Below are positions 23,397 through 37,489 of a DNA stretch of 64,000 bases, piece by piece. This DNA comes from Antedon mediterranea (taxonomy: Eukaryota; Animalia; Echinodermata), in the NCBI RefSeq assembly GCF_964355755.1, contig NC_092677.1:24663175-24727174 (forward strand), given 5' to 3'. Position 1 is the first letter of the stretch; every line of letters starts with the position of its first letter. The notes below the pieces were generated by a model. The model saw nothing but the letters and a program-made list of their open reading frames with translations. It was not told where the DNA came from and did not search any database. The position numbers were made by a program, and so were the translations under genes.

Positions 23397-26300
23397 ATGG
23401 ATCGTCGCCTACTACTACTGTTGTGGGTGGTTGGAGCGCTTGCTATGGTGGTAGTGGTAGACAGTACAAATCCAGGTTTACAAATGAAAGTAACTGAAAA
23501 TGGACTAAAATATGGTAAGCTTTCATGAATTTACCTAAAAATTTAACCTAGACTATATCTATCTATAAGGCCTACTAACTAATCTACTATTTTATTTAGG
23601 CAGCTGGATTTCCGAAGCCTACTAATAAGTGTCTTTGAAAAGTGGAAGAATATTACATGTAATATACTGTATGAGGAAGTTTTAGAAAAATGAAAGATGA
23701 TAATACCTGGTTACTTCCGCCTACTGCCAATACAATGATAAATGAGTTTCTATTGATCAAATTATTGCAAGCAATAAAAAATGGAAATTTCACTTTCGTT
23801 ATCACAATATTTTCAAGAAATTATTGATATAACTTAATTATTATTTATTATTTTATTTCAACTTTATTTAGAGAGGGTAACCCTACCAGCAGACCAGCTG
23901 ATATCCAGGGGCCATGTTAAAATTAATGTGCTGTATGGTAATATTAATTTTAATCTTTTCAGTTAGCGAGGTTGGAGTAGAATTGCTGAAAAAGGATCTT
24001 GCTGATGTAAAGATTCCAGATATTTCTGGTGATACGGATGTCGATGTCATAGGTCATGTCACCTACGAACTAAAAAAGTATGTAACATACTCCATGCATA
24101 TACAAATAAAATTGTAACATTTGCACAGAAAAGTTATTGTTCTGGCTCTATGTAAGCAGAACAAGGCCATACATGGCTGCAGTCGCATGCGCAAATTTGA
24201 GTGTTAACCAACCAACCGACATAGTGAGCTATAGAGTTGCTTGCACGCGCGCGACTACAAAAGGAAACTTAACTGCCAAGATTTAGGTTAAAGAGCCCTA
24301 AAGTTTGAAAATTATAATGCAAAATATTTATTTACTAGGACATATTAGGTTAAGTTTGACACTTCATTTTACCATTTTTAAGGGCCATTTAATATCCTCG
24401 ATCCACTATTGCAAATCTCATTCTTAATTTATGCTTTTACAATTTGATTGAACTCCATGTTGTGCTTTATGATATAGGTCAGTATGTTTAATTAGTAACA
24501 GTATTAACTTATTAATATATCATTTGTTTGTTTGATAGTTTGAAGATAACCAGTTTGGATCTGCCAGATGCTACCATTAGTACTGTATCAGATACTGGAT
24601 TGAAGGCTAGTATTGCTAACGCTAAGATAGGCATACATGGCGACTGGAGTTACCATAACCATGGGTTGTAAGTAATATAACAATATTTGTTACTGTTTGG
24701 CATAGTTGTTGTAGTGTATCTAGCCTCCCTGTTTATTATACAATCAAGGGAAACCTAAATGCATAAACAAAAGTATCCCTGGAAGAGCATAATATTGCCT
24801 CTTGTTTGGAGGAAGGAATGTGTCCTCTTAATAGGGGTGTCCAAAAGGAGAGATTCTACTGTAATTTTTCAATGTGGCAACTGTACTGGTGGCTAGGGCA
24901 CAGTTAGTGGCCCAAGCCTGAAATCAAACGCTCACCGCCATCCCAGACACACAAAACTATTTCTTATTCATGTACAGATGCCTATATTATCATTATATTT
25001 CCCAGCATTCATATCAGTGATCATGGATCCGTTGATGTGACAGCTTCATCCATAACACTCACTCTCGTTATTCAAGTCGGTAAGAATATTTTTTATCTTT
25101 GTAAAACAAAAATAATCTATGGAACGGTAATAAGGATGTTGATACATGTGTAGCTTTAATGTTGATGATTGGGATAACACTTTGTGGTGATAATGATAAA
25201 GTTAGAAATAAGGATGTACAAACATGATGGTGGTAACGCTCGTGATAATAATGTTATTGATGATGGTACCATACTCAACAATAATCTATGGAACGGTAAG
25301 ACGGATGTTGATACAGATGTAGCTACAGTGTTGATTGGGATAACACTTTGTGGTGATAATGATAAAGTTAGAGATAAGGATGTACAAACATGATGGTGGT
25401 AACGCTCGTGATAATAATGTTATTGATGATAGTACCATACTCAACAATAATCTATGGAACGGTAAGACGGATGTTGATACAGATGTAGCTACAGTGTTGA
25501 TGATTGGGATAACACTTTGTGGTGATAATGATAAAGTTAGAGATAAGGATGTACAAACATGATGGTGGTAACGCTCGTGATAATAATGTTATTGATGATG
25601 GTACCATACTCAACAATAATCTATGGAACGGTAAGACGGATGTTGATACAGATGTAGCTACAGTGTTGATGATTGGGATAACACTTTGTGGTGATAATGA
25701 TAAAGTTAGAGATAAGGATGTACAAACATGATGGTGGTAACGCTCGTGATAATAATGTTATTGATGATGGTACCATACTAAACAATAATCTATGGAACGG
25801 TAAGACGGATGTTGATACAGATGTAGCTACAGTGTTGATGATTTGGATAACACTTTGTGGTGATAATGATAAAGTTAGAGATAAGGATGTACAAACATGA
25901 TGGTGGTAACGCTTGTAATAATAATGTTATTGATGATGGTACCATACTCAACAATAATCTATGGAACGGTAAGACGGATGTTGATACAGATGTAGCTACA
26001 GTGTTGATGATTGGTATAATACTTTGTGGTGATAATGATAAAGTTAGAGATAAGGATGTACGAACAACAAACATGATGTTGGTAACACTCGTGATAATAA
26101 TGTTAGTGATGATGGTACCATACTCAACATTAATCTATGGAACGGTAACAAGAATGGTGATAATGTTGGTGACTGGGATAATATTTTGTGGTGATAATGT
26201 TAGAAATAAGGATGTATGAACTTGATGGTGGTGGTAACGCTTGTGAGAATGATGCTAGTGATGATGGTACTCAACATTGACAATTTAACCAGTTTATTTT

Positions 26301-29300
26301 TATGTATATTTCATTACTTTTTAGGTGACAAGAGTGGCCAATTTACAATCTCAACCTCAGAGAGTGAATGCTCGTTCAATGTTGGGTCGTTAGATGTAGA
26401 CTTTCATGGGGGCGCTAGGTGAGTAGCCACAATAAAATTGTCAGCGGGTGCATGGCTTCTGGGCAATATTGATGGTTCATAGTTACACAAACCAATAGTG
26501 GTGTTGGAGTGATAGCTTACCTGTGTGAACCGACCTAGGCCTTTTCCCCTTCAAGGGAGAACATAACTGAAAAATATAAATATAATCCTAAACTCCCCTC
26601 CAAGACAGTGGTATCGCCCATGCATATCTCACCATATAAGTAATACGTAACATTTGACAAATTTGTCATAGTACAAGTCTAAGCACTGATTCTGAATCTA
26701 TTCATAATTTAAAACAATTTGGTGATGTTAACTAATTATGATTGTTTTTTGCAGCTAAACAATTGATTTGATGCTATTTATATTTACAGCTGGTTGTACA
26801 ACCTTTTTAAAGGTACTATTGGGGATGAAATTCAGAAGGACCTTAACAAGGAGGTATGCTTAATTCTAAGGCCTGAAAATAATCACTCTATTACTGTAAA
26901 TGTATCCATCCCATATCCATGACCTTTGTGTGTTTGATCAGCATTTAACCAATTGGAATAATTTACAGTTTTAAAAAATGAAAATTAATGAGCTGTACAT
27001 AATTTACTTTATTTTATACTGTATTTACTTTACTATCTAAAAATCTGTATTTTTTTTAGATGTGTGGTGAAATCATTAAGGAAATCAATGGAGAGTTAGC
27101 CGAGGACGTTGCTGATATCAAATGTAAAATAAAACATTTTGAATTTCGGATATGTAATTTGAATATACTGTACTGTAATAGATATTAATAACTTTGATAT
27201 TTAATATTGCCTACTATACTGACATATACAATAAACCTATTCTAATTATAAAACAAAATTATTGTGAGCATTATAGCAGCATATTCCTTTTGCATTTCTC
27301 CAAATTAAATTACAGTAATTACAGGCCCTCTTTAAAGCTCTGTCTACACTACCACACAAAAAAAATGTGATTTGGCCATATATGGTCACAATGACATTTG
27401 GGCATATCACTACCATATTTGGGTACATCACACTAGTTTGATAGTGTAGACAGAGCTTTACCAGTTTTAGAATTATGAATGTTATAATTTTAGGCTAGAT
27501 GACATTCTAAACAAATGAATTGATTGATTGATTATTTTTTTGCAAACGACCCTCAATTCTAGTTTTCATGTATATTTGATTATTCCTGATTGCCTACCAG
27601 CAAATATCCACTATTGAGATTTCCAAAAATGTTAGTAATTTTTTTTTCCAGTGGTATCCAACATTGACGATTATGCTTATGTGGACTATTCTCTTGTGGC
27701 ACCTCCCAAGTTTTCCAATCAAAGTCTTCGAAGTTTCCACAAGGTATGATTTTTTTTATAGTTTACTGTGTGGTAAAAAGCTATGGGTACAGTTAATACT
27801 ATTTTTACATCATAGATACGTTAGCAAAAAACAAATTTGGTCTTTAAAATAGCATCGCTACTTTAAAAAACTGGGAAAAAAAACAGGAATTGAGACGTGC
27901 CAATTACTGAAGACCAAAACTGATATCGGTGAAAGACAACAACCTTTAAATATTTTGTTTCAGGGAGAAATTCTTTCAAGAAAGGACCATCAGGATGTTC
28001 CTGTACCAGCACCACCAATTCCAGCCGATACTGAAACATCCCGAATGGTGTACCTTTGGCTGACGGAGTATGCCTCGGCTTCTGCGGCGTATGTCTACTA
28101 CAAAGCAGGAGTTCTGCAGTACAACGTCACTAACGACATGGTAAGGCACTAATGACTTGCTAATGCACAAATGACATACCATAGCATAGGCGGATTCAAT
28201 GGTGGGGGGCATCTTCCCCAAATTTTTTTTATGTTAATGCAAAAGAAGGTCGTCAAATTAAAGGGTCTTTCGTTCACATTGATTGCCGTTGAGTATCGTA
28301 AAAACAAAACATTGATTCACTGGACCGGAAACGTGCCGGAATAGGTGTGTGAAAGACCCTTAAAGTTCAGCACATATTTTCAACATTTTTATGCCCTGGG
28401 CCCCCTAATAATAGGATTGAATATATAATTAATTTTTTGTATTACCATTGTTTGCAGGTACCGTCTCCATTTTCATTGAACACTTCAAAGTTTCCATTCA
28501 ACAGCGTTATTCCACAGGTTAGTATTGAATAACTATTACTACTACACTACTATTTCTAAATCTTAAAGATAAGAAAGTTGTCTAACAGAGGCAGTAATAC
28601 ATTGTGTGTAAACCATTAGTGTTCTAGATACTCTTTAAATTCTAAAAACTTTGATATTTAGTGGTACATTCTGTAGTGTATAGTGAGTGAATAATTTTTG
28701 TTTTTTCTCAGATTGAAAAGTACTATCCTAATTTGGAGATGGTCATCGATGGCAAAGTGACCGGTCCACCTGTCCTCAATATGACCACTGGAGGCCTCAA
28801 AGGTAGTCTAGTTGGACTGCTCGACTTTTACGCCATTCAGAAAAACAAGACACAGACTTTCCTATTCTCACTAACTGTGGTGCGTGCATTTCAGTCATAA
28901 TGTACTTTTGGTAATCTTCAGTAGTTAGTTAGTGGGTGTTTAACATCTGAATATGTAGTGTGAACCAGACCTATAGGTTATAGTATGAATATATATATTG
29001 TAGGCATACAGTACAAGAGAAATTAGCTATTGCTTGTAAACTAATAGTTTTTTCTATAGTGTACAGCTATCAGCCTCTGTTAGTGTGAATACAAGTACAA
29101 CCACTATAGTTTGAACCAGACCTAATAGCTTGTAAACTAATAATGTTTAAATTGTTCCATAGAGTATGAGTCTATCAGCTTCTGTCAGTGTGAATACGAA
29201 GACAAATGCAATTACTGGAAACTTTACTCTTGATTCGTAAGTAACGACTCTTTATATTTTAAGCTTGGTTCCCACTAGAACGTAACGCAAGGACGTAAAC

Positions 29301-30457
29301 GCAACGCAAGCATTTTAACCAATGACAAGCGAAGTTATAGACAGTTAGCAATCACAAGCGAATAAGCCATCGCTTGTGATTGGTCAATTTACTTGCGTTG
29401 CATTACGTCCTTGTGTTGCGTCGCTAGTGGGAACCACGCTTTACTGTGGATGTCAGATTTATTATGTATCTTGGCCTTCTGATATTTAAATTTTGCCATT
29501 TTTTAGTGGAAAAATACTTTTGAAAACAATATTTTCTTATATTGAATAGGTCTAGTTTCAAGTTGGCCAAATCTGCTCCAATTTTAGGCGACATAAGTGC
29601 AAATGTAAGTAACAAACATTGAATGAATATCAAATGATCAAATGTTATTTTTTTTTTCTTTACCAATATTCTCAATTCTCAAAGAAAAGAGAGACGGAAA
29701 AGGAACACAATGTTCTGTAATAAATTTCATGAGATGTAAAGCAAAATAGTAATTCTATCAACTTTTAATATTCTTTTATTATTTTTTATATATTTTAGAT
29801 CAAGAATTTGGACAAACTGATGAATATGCTAATTGGCATACTGATGCCCCAGCTAAATGGTGAGTTTTAAAATTTTATGAAAGTAAATACTATAATACAC
29901 TGTTTCGGAAATGTTGTGCCCTAAAGGCTTTTAAATTGTGTGATTAAAAGATTAGCAATTACATTTGTCATTGAGAATTGTATGTATTTTATGCATAAAC
30001 CAATCAAATGGCAAGGATTACACTTACTTATGTGTTATAATTGGAATTTTATGGATATTAGATATATATTTTTCATTGGGAATGATGATGTTTTTTTTTA
30101 GCAAAAGGTGCAGAGGGCCTTCCAATACCAAGTGTTGATGGAATTGAGCTTGTGAAACCAAAAATCAGTTTTGGAAAGGTGAGTACAACATTGTTCAAGT
30201 TTAAGACCATAACTAAATACTGTAGTAAATGAAAAGTCGCTTAGCCTCAATTTCCCTCACGTCTAATAATGATACTGATGGGTTGATTATGATTGCATTA
30301 TGATGATGACAGTAATGATAATACTAGTAATGATTGAAAATGTTGTCCTATTATTGATGGTACAGTATTATAATTACTAATTATTTTTATTTTTGGTTTT
30401 TTTTAGGGTTTTATTCTCATTGCTACTGACATCAACTACACAGTAGCCATTGAATAA
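23397..30457 (+). CDS. LBP/BPI-family (lipopolysaccharide-binding / bactericidal permeability-increasing) protein, 16 coding exons
   Basis: Exons: 23397-23514, 23963-24077, 24539-24667, 25006-25079, 26325-26418, 26790-26853, 27060-27123, 27652-27743, 27964-28140, 28458-28517, 28712-28879, 29163-29236, 29550-29604, 29799-29859, 30102-30178, 30407-30457. All are GT-AG with compatible phases. Signal peptide followed by TNPGLQMKVTENGLKY, IPDISG, FHGGASWLYNLF, the conserved Cys pair, DYSLVAPP, RMVYLWLTEY, GLPIP and GFILIATD. Confidence 0.92.
25110..26280. repeat. 169-bp tandem repeat (~6-7 copies) in LBP/BPI intron 4
   Basis: Repeated near-identical ORFs at 25350/25519/25688/25857 give period 169. 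Confidence 0.95.
27336..27457. mobile_element. Short MITE (intronic)
   Basis: TIR AGCTCTGTCTACACTA / TAGTGTAGACAGAGCT flanked by TAA/TTA. Confidence 0.7.
29262..29440. mobile_element. Harbinger/Tourist-like MITE (intronic)
   Basis: TIR AGCTTGGTTCCCACTAG / CTAGTGGGAACCACGCT; TTA duplicated on both sides. Confidence 0.8.
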
Positions 30458-30514
30458 TTCTACTTTCTAAGCAGCAGAGGAAAATTTCCACAAATTTTAG
30501 TCTACAAAAAGCAC

Positions 30515-31100
30515 AGAAATCATGGAAAATACAATTTTATATGTGAAAAGAAAATATTTAAATAGGACATATTCTTATAGTGAATGGTTTTTTAGAGGAC
30601 ATTTATACCAAAAGCACAAGTTCTTCCAAAATAGTTTTTTATTTAAGCACAAGTTCTTCCAAACATTTTTTTTATTTTAACAATTGTAGATAACTGATGG
30701 CTTTCAAATTACTGTATATATTTTTTGTAAAGTAAGAAATCATGGAAAATACAATTTTATATGAGAAATTAAAATATTTTAAAAGCACATTCTTATAGTG
30801 AATGGTTTTTTAGAGAATATTTATACCAAAAGCACAAGTTCTTCCAAAATATGTTTTATTTAAAAAATTGTAGATAATATTGATGGCTTTCAAATTATAT
30901 ATTTTTTGTGAAGTAAGAAATCATGGAAAATACAATTTTATATGAGAAATGAAAATATTTTAAAAGCACATATTCTTATAGTGAATGGTTTTTTAGAGGA
31001 AATTTATACCAAAAGCACAAGCTCTTCCAAAATATGTTTTATTTTAAAAATTATAGATAATATTGATGGCTTTCAAATTATGTATTTTTTATGAAGTAAA
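30515..31100 (+). repeat. Three ~180-220-bp tandem copies in the LBP/BPI 3' UTR
   Basis: agaaatcatggaaaatacaattttatat recurs at ~30516, 30735 and 30916. Confidence 0.85.
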
Positions 31101-31676
31101 TTTTCTAAAAAAAAGGTATATGTTGTGTACATGCTGGTTGTGTCTTGTTTAGTATGTTTAAATAGATGTTTTGTATTGGGTATGCGGTAATAACAAATTT
31201 AATGTGTTTTTTTAACTTCAGAGGTGCAAATAGTAAATTGACATGATGTTAAATTAATAGTGAATATTTTATGAAGCAATTATATATTGTTTAATCTAAC
31301 ATATGTCTAGTGAGGTTAGTAATTGTATATTATGCATTGTTGGAATAAATAAACACAAATATGTAACTTTAGCCTACTGTAACTTTAATTTTAGACAATT
31401 GTGAATTTGGGAAAACACATCAAGACGAAAGGTTCTGATTACTTAAAGTTTATCGAACTTTAAATTTGCCCAGATACTAAACTAAATACAGATCTCTTAC
31501 TCCCCATTAAACTTGGTACCAAAGTCAAATAAGCACGGGTAGATTCAATTAGGCATAATATAATAATGAACCTAATCTAATGTATAGTTCGTGAGTTAAT
31601 ACAGACAAATCCTGATCTTAATTATGTAATTGAAGAACTCCAACTGGAGTACCACTTAATGTGATAATAGAGGTTG

Positions 31677-32320
31677 AGAGGAGGGAAAAGCTAGCCAAAA
31701 TTAGAGATTAGCTTGATCGCAGTTGTGGAGTATGGAAAGGTATTCCAGTCTCTTTCTGATATTAGGAAAGAAAGAGCTCTGGAAACTTGTAACAATTGTA
31801 ACTGAGAAGATCTCCATATTGGTTAATGAAAAACCGAACCTAAATTTGCTTAGAATCTAACTGGGACCGTTCTCCCTATAACTACTTCGGATTAATTGGA
31901 TTTGCTATAAGCATTATCCTTTTAATCCTCACTGTCAATGCCTAAACCAATTTGATTGAGACCCCATGAATTTCTAACTGACAGTGCACTGATCCAGAGG
32001 AGGGAAGAGCTAGCCAAAATTAGAGATTAGCTTGGTCGCAGTTGTAGAGTATGGAAAGGTATTCCAGTCTGACTTTATTGGGCAAGAAAGAGCTCTGGAA
32101 ACTTGTAAAAATTGTAACGATAACTTCTCTATATTGGAAATACCAATGATGAAATACCGAACTGAAATTTGCTTAGAATCTAACTGGAACCGTTCTCCCT
32201 ATAGCTAATTCGGATTAATGGGATTTCCGAAAGGCATTATCCTTTTAATCCTCACTGCCAATGCCTAAACCAATTTGATTGAGACCCCATGAATTTCTAA
32301 CTACCAGTGCACTGATCCAG
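31677..32320 (-). mobile_element. Tandemly duplicated (~320 bp x2) degenerate CR1/L2-like LINE 3' fragment
   Basis: Direct repeat starting at ~31677 and ~31997. The minus strand reads FQSSFL...WNTFP, resembling the CR1 ORF2 end. Confidence 0.55.
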
Positions 32321-32807
32321 ATTCCTTTTGACAACACACATAATGTTTGTTTCGATTATTCCCCTTCAAACGTCGAACATTAATTTTGCCTCTAAATACT
32401 GAGCAGCAACTCTCGATCTCCAAACTAAGTACCGAATTAAATCAGCACTTAGGCATATAAATATAAACAAGTAAAATGAAACAAATATCATTCTGGTATT
32501 AAGCCTTAACTCCCTCCCCCTTCCCGTCCCCCTTTTAAATTCTTAACTAATATGTAGGCCTATGCACACATTATGTACTGTGTAATTCATGAATTTTGTC
32601 GAAAAATGTACAGTATGTCGTGTATCTTAATCGTCTTTGATATCGCACAGATCTCATTAAAAGTTCAAAATAACCAAAAGTAAAACAATTACAAATGTAT
32701 AGTTTGGATACATACAAAATACGGCAGCGACTGTTATTGGACAGTTCGGGAAGCACAGTTAATCCAAAAGGGAAACTTGTTTACTTACCTTTATTCCATG
32801 GGTCTTC

Positions 32808-32922
32808 TTTATAAATCCAGTAAGTTGTTTATAAATCCAGTAAGTTGTTTATAAATCCAGTAAGTTGTTTATAAATCCAGTAAGTTGTTTATAAATCCAG
32901 TAAGTTGTTTATAAATCCAGTA
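32808..32922. repeat. 20-bp minisatellite (ATAAATCCAGTAAGTTGTTT)n, ~5.5 copies
   Basis: Perfect period-20 repeats. Confidence 0.95.
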
Positions 32923-33771
32923 GTAAGTAAAATATAAAGTGTACACAATCATCGAACAAGTTTTCGTCGGATAAAAATTACATGAAATCTCCATAATTCA
33001 AACATACAAACAAAATATACACAGTACCTGTAAGATACCACAGTACTACTAACAATTCAAACTGAACAGCTCAAACTGAACAATAGCACATACCAAAATA
33101 GCAAATGAAACAATAGGACAACGGCGTAGTTTTGCTGGAATGCAAATTAGGAAGAATTAATTGAATATTCATTAGAAAAAGAAATTTCATTCATTAGGCC
33201 TACTCGAGAAGTTTTTATTCGTTGTTGAACGTTGAGCAAACGGGTAGGCCTACAGAACGTCATTATTGCATTAACCCATGCTAAATATTGTAATAACTAA
33301 AGCAAAGACGATGTTTGTATTGTTTATATTAATTACTTTAATTTATTTGGATAATGAATTGCGATAAAGTTAAAGATGACCGTGATGATTTACATGAAAT
33401 AGTACACCTAATTATGATAAAATGGATTATGAAATATGTAGTAAACAATTTTGTTTTGTTAATTTATTCTTAATTTCTTGATGGAGAGAATTTTTTTATT
33501 TGCTTCCTTCTGTTTATTTCCTTACTTGCTATATAAATACTGCTGTTATTCATTCTTAAATTAAATAAAATTCATTGAGTTTACCAGTTTCCTTATTTTC
33601 TCTTCAGTGGGTGAACCACCACATTTATTAATACAATATATAAATATTTCTACAAAATATAATAAATAAGTATATACATAATCACGTGTGTTTGAAACTA
33701 TTGACAATAAGACTATTAAAACATATTGCAATTATTTAGTAAGCTGAAATGTCCATTATTCTGGAGGTTTA

Positions 33772-36112
33772 CTATATATTTCCGTTGCCTTGGAATAAAG
33801 ACCATTGTGATTGTACGTAAGATGGCGGCGGTGATTCAATGGAAGACTTTATTCTATCGTCTATCATAACAGAAGCGTATGATGGGGGAAGGTCTTGAGC
33901 AGGCCCAGGGGATGATGACGTCACTACTGATAATACGTTGAGTTGATATTGGTACTCAACACCTTCGTTAATAACTCCTGTAGGCTGAGTTGTACTTGCA
34001 TTGTTTGTTACTGGTGACGTAGGCCTATTTCTCTTCTTGGCGCGGTGGCATATACAGACGTAAAAGCAAAAGTAAAAAGCGAAGATTGAAACAACAACAA
34101 TAATAACAAGAACAGTATTAATTCCACTATCATCATCAACAGCAGAATTACCAGAAGTATCATCTTCCAAGAAATCTTCATCAGAAGAATCGTCATCATC
34201 ATTCAATTCTAGGAATAAAGGTGATATATTGTGAATACAGTATGAAGTTCATATTAAATGGCTGTCAATCAATAAATGTTGGTATTAAAGGTTTTCAATC
34301 ACTTCCAATACATCCGTCATGGAGAAATAATGGTTACACACATTACATATCCGGGTGAAATTTTCCGTTCGGTATTTATTATAAATCCCACAACAATGGG
34401 TGTTTGTTTTTTTTTGTAAGATGTACTGTTACAGATTTAACTAACTTTATTGCACAGGTAGCCTACATTTCTATATATTGCTTAATAATTTGGATTTTCT
34501 GATGCATAAGATTCAAGATTCAAGATTCAAGAAATTTTATTTGTCCATGAAAATGGAAATTCACTTTGCTTGGTAGATTAAAACAACAATATTGCAACAA
34601 TTTAAAACGTGCAGTATTATAACAGACAATAGACAATATTTTGGGACAATTTCACCAGCGTTTCATAGGCGTCTTGTAAACTCATTCAACAAAGGCTTAC
34701 CTTCATAACACTTTAGTTTTACAGGATGGAAACAGTACGGATCTGTATACAAATTCTGCTTACAATATTTCAGACTATCTTCAAATCCATTACATGTAAA
34801 TTCAACCTTGTAGTTTACTGAACTGGCTGGCACGTTGTCGCTGTACAATTGATAGCCTCTTGAGTATCCAAGCTGCCTACAAGCTACTTGTGAGTTATCA
34901 CCTGTCCAATCATTTATGCAAATTCGACTCCACTCCCCTTCATACTTTATTTCTAACCAACCAATATTCGATGAATTTTCCGAGGAATCTCCAATAAGAC
35001 GTATTGTATAATTTTCAAATTGCTGTTCATCTAGACCAATTAAATTCAATAACCATACATTAAAAGAAAACAAATTGAAATAGTTTACAAACATAAGCTT
35101 CGACACATTTTTTTTAATTCCCTGGGGTTTTTTTTTTAACCATAGAGGAAAATATGTTCTCCTTAATGGAACAAGGCCAACAGCCATTAAGTCGCGTGCT
35201 ACAATGCATAGTGATACCGGACCGACGGACAGACCGACAGACAGACCGACCGACCGACCAACCTACCAACTGACCGAAATTACTGAACATGTTTAAAAAT
35301 GTTGAAATGTTTAAAAACATTTATATTTTTTAAATTTACGTGCGTGACGTGTTGTATAACGTAATTTCGAGTTGAAAAGTAAGTCAAGAAAACAGAAATC
35401 GGGCAAAAAGAGTGCGTAATAACATTTAACGCGCAGTGCGCTCGCAAAAATCTGCGCACTCATGGCAATTTTGTAAACGCTTAAAATTGCCTGAAACGTA
35501 CTCTTATTTCATCGAAAATAAATGTTGAAAATTTTAAGCGCGCGTACGCATGCGTTACATGCGCTACGCACGTAATTGTATTGCCATATGATGATTTATG
35601 CCCTGAAATTTATGAGTACCAAATTTTATTTAATTGTGATTCATGGTTGTGAAGATATGATTATAAACGTGATTTCGTTAAATCGTGCGTACACCGCGTA
35701 ATTTTTTATTGCGCACCGTGAAAACATAACCACATCGATTCCTGGCCATAAGGAATATACTGTGAAAAATTGACTTAGCCAGATTAAACTGATATCAAGA
35801 TAAGGTCAGAAAGCGATAAAACGCATAGTGATACCGGACCGACAGACAGACCGACAGACAGACCGACCGACCGACATAGTGAACTATAGAGTCGCGTCCA
35901 CGCGACTAAAAACGCAAGTAATTTGACAAACCACAAGCGAGTAGCTATAATAGCTATATGCCTACACGATTGTTAAATGTGTATGATTGAGTTTTGTTCC
36001 TCAAAATCATATCATCACTGAATTTATATCTATACATTATTTCCTGATCGACATTACCCGAGGTAACCAAAATGATACACGTCAAGGCGATTGTCCCTCT
36101 AATTAGAAGCAT
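33772..36112 (-). CDS. SRCR receptor gene 1: signal peptide - 1 group-A SRCR - acidic stalk - TM - cytoplasmic tail with two PPxY motifs
   Basis: Exons 36112-36058 (MLLIRGTIALTCIILVTS), 35030-34701 (SRCR, 6 Cys, VACRQLGY) and 34208-33772 (ELNDDDD...VLVIIVVVSIFAFYFCFYVCIC...DLPPSY...SPPPSY). All junctions are phase 1, GT-AG. A 5' non-coding exon donor lies at ~36404. Confidence 0.88.
35170..35910. mobile_element. Helentron/DINE-like non-autonomous element in SRCR gene 1 intron; short relatives at 24160-24262, 52741-52826, 54865-54935
   Basis: Subterminal inverted AGTCGCGTG...CACGCGACT, terminal hairpin AGTCGCGTCCACGCGACT and (GACC/GACA)n microsatellites. Inserted in an A-run that is empty in paralogous introns (e.g. 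43127-43160). Confidence 0.7.
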
Positions 36113-36864
36113 CTTTCACAAATAGGTCTGAAAAAGAAATCGAACAAATGTATTATAATGCAAGTAAACTAGTATGTTAATATCTACATTAGTGGAGGAT
36201 CTATCTTTATCTATCAATATATCTCTTTACTAAAAAGTACTTCAGATCTATACTTTTAGGACATTCTTTCTAAAGTCCCAAATTCAGTGTAGCAAAACAG
36301 AACAACGTGCAGGAGGTTGATCAAGTGACGCTGTCAGATTCAACCTTTCCAGCGGAATGATTTGCCCCGTTTAATATTATTTGAAAACGATCAACTTAAC
36401 TTACCGATGTTGTCTATGATGATCCTGTCCAAGTTGTGATACGGATACTTATTAGACTATAAGGCTTAGGCCTACATAGTTTCTAACGGTTCCTTATATC
36501 AGGAAAATATTGTTTTGTATGTTGTCGTCACTTTTACCTTGCATCCTGGTGATGACTTTACCATTGTGTTCCTTTGTTATATTATTCACAATCAAATCCT
36601 TGTTTAACGACTCATTGTGGTATTGTATGAATTCTTTATGAAAATATAAACACGTACATAACCGTTTATTGTATTATCTATTTCATAAACCTCTGACATT
36701 TAATATCCGAGTGTTACATTCAAACAGGATTTAAATACCAAAAAAAGACCGTCATATTTTCCATATTTCCTTTCCTATTTTAAATATTAATTTTTGGCAA
36801 ATTGCCAGCATTCATTTACATTGGCTATATATAATGTTCACATGACAAACATATTATTATACAC

Positions 36865-36972
36865 AATTTAGTCACTGTCATGAGAACAAATCTAGGCATC
36901 TGACGGGATTTGAACCAAAGACCCTGGGATTGGTAGCCGAGCATCTTAAACACCAAGCTACAACTCCACTGC
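36865..36972 (-). mobile_element. tRNA-derived SINE head; paralogous copies at ~46690-46795 and ~59255-59360
   Basis: A-box-like TAGCTTGGTG and B-box GGTTCAAATCC on the minus strand, with a non-tRNA extension. Same position upstream of each SRCR gene. Confidence 0.65.
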
Positions 36973-37489
36973 AAATTTCTATTTAAAAATGTAAAACTTG
37001 TGTTTTTAAATGTAAAACCATATACAAAAGTGGTATAGTAATTGGCAACATATAGGTACAGCAATAATTTCGTTTAGGCTTTTTAATTCAGAAGATTTTG
37101 AAACACATGGACTCTCCTCTCTATTAATACCAGGGGTGGCAGAATGGGGACAGTGCGCATTGACCTTTACAAATAATCGTTCTGCCCAGCCAGGATAAAA
37201 CAATTTTTTATTTAAAATAGTGATTTTTTATTTTGTTTAAATTTTCTTTTCTGTTGTAGCTTTACAAATAATCGTTCTGCCCAGTCGGGATAAAACAAGC
37301 TGTAATTTAAAATTGTGATTTTTTTATTTTGGTTAAATTTTCTTTTCTGTATTATGTATCTTGTATAAGAAAGGCAGGCTTAAATATAATGAAATATTTC
37401 TCTTGCAGACATAGTTTGCCGCGTTTACTTATATTGGAATAAGGCTTACATTTGGCTAATACTTTCTTTCTTTCTTTCTTTATTTACCC

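Noticed and set aside
25184-26219. Five near-identical short ORFs (MVIMIKLEIRMYK...)
   Set aside because: By-product of a 169-bp (non-triplet) tandem repeat inside an LBP/BPI intron.
32783-33030. Minus-strand donor-like sites near the 20-bp minisatellite
   Set aside because: The adjacent ATG is followed at once by a stop (ATG GAA TAA), and no downstream coding exons were found.
36865-36972. tRNA gene
   Set aside because: A and B boxes are present, but there is no convincing cloverleaf, the copies are degenerate, and a SINE-like extension follows.
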